64,000 nt of DNA from Azolla caroliniana (Eukaryota > Plantae > Polypodiophyta), in the NCBI GenBank assembly GCA_043228905.1, contig JBHGNT010000001.1, positions 29,264,001 to 29,328,000 of the forward strand, in the 5' to 3' direction. The position numbers and the translations under genes were made by a program. Every line of letters begins with the position of its first letter. Positions within the stretch are counted from its first letter, which is position 1. Below, piece after piece: positions 63,362 through 64,000 of the stretch. The notes under the pieces were generated by a model. It had not been told where the DNA came from and searched no databases. It worked only from the letters and a program-made list of their open reading frames with translations.

Positions 63362-64000
63362 TTTTTTTTTTTTAAAAAGTAGGTTCACCTTGGTATTAAT
63401 GGAAAGATGTCGAAAGGCTACAACGAGTTCATACAATTTATTACAACCCTCATATCCACATCAACCAGCATGTCAAAAGCCCTCATGAAGGTTGTTCCAA
63501 GACGAGGGGTGGAAAAAGCCAACTTGGTGGAGCATATCTCCACTTTATTCTTTCTCCAAAAGAGACGAAGACCTTAGCGTTTTTCCAAATTTCTCTGAAC
63601 TATTGTTGTCTCCGAATCACAACCTCAGGCTCACCAGTTATTGCATCATATTGACCTCTTAAAGCGTGTATGAGCATTAACCATACCTCTTTGACTAACT
63701 CAACTGCATTATGTTTAACATTCTAAAATACACATTTACATCTAGCCTTCCACAATACACAAATGACTAGAGAAGATATCGTAGACCAGACCATATCCTC
63801 TTCCAAACAACAGACTAATGTAATTTTAGAGACCTCCAATACAAGTCTTCCATTAGAGAGGAGAAGGAAATCACCATACTCCTTTTCATAGTTTTGAATT
63901 TCTTTAGCCAATCTTCCCCATCTCACAAAACCCCATGTGTACACCTGCCTACCATAAATAGGATATAACATTCTCAACATTCTTTTCCAAACTGCTCTAG
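63362..64000 (-). mobile_element. L1-like LINE 3' end (continues off window)
   Basis: VLWKARCKCVF (W..RN-like motif); T-run at 63362-63373 as poly(A) tail. Confidence 0.6.

Overview
Land-plant nuclear intergenic/heterochromatic DNA, probably a seed-free plant judging by the retroelement families (inference). About 85% is nested retroelements. These include two Ty1/copia families, a tRNA-Trp-primed Ty3/gypsy clade with 4-bp CpG-centred TSDs (one very young intact copy at 17364-24678), an Athila/Tat-like gypsy with a 3' extra ORF, several solo LTRs, L1-like LINE remnants and three hAT-type MITEs. The only clear host gene is a SAUR (53191-53736, -), which has a truncated duplicate. The standout is a 14-kb insertion at 16550-30490, flanked by a 179-bp target duplication. 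It contains an endonuclease-less Penelope-like retroelement (ORF1 with telomere-like repeats, a PLE-type RT, then TATA and a hammerhead ribozyme). This is joined back-to-back to an inverted non-coding unit with its own TATA and hammerhead, visible only after removing a gypsy and a MITE that both inserted into it. All three unit ends carry the motif CGCACTCCTTG about 24-26 nt from the terminus, and two end in telomere-like AACCCTA. All coordinates were read by eye and no database searches were run.
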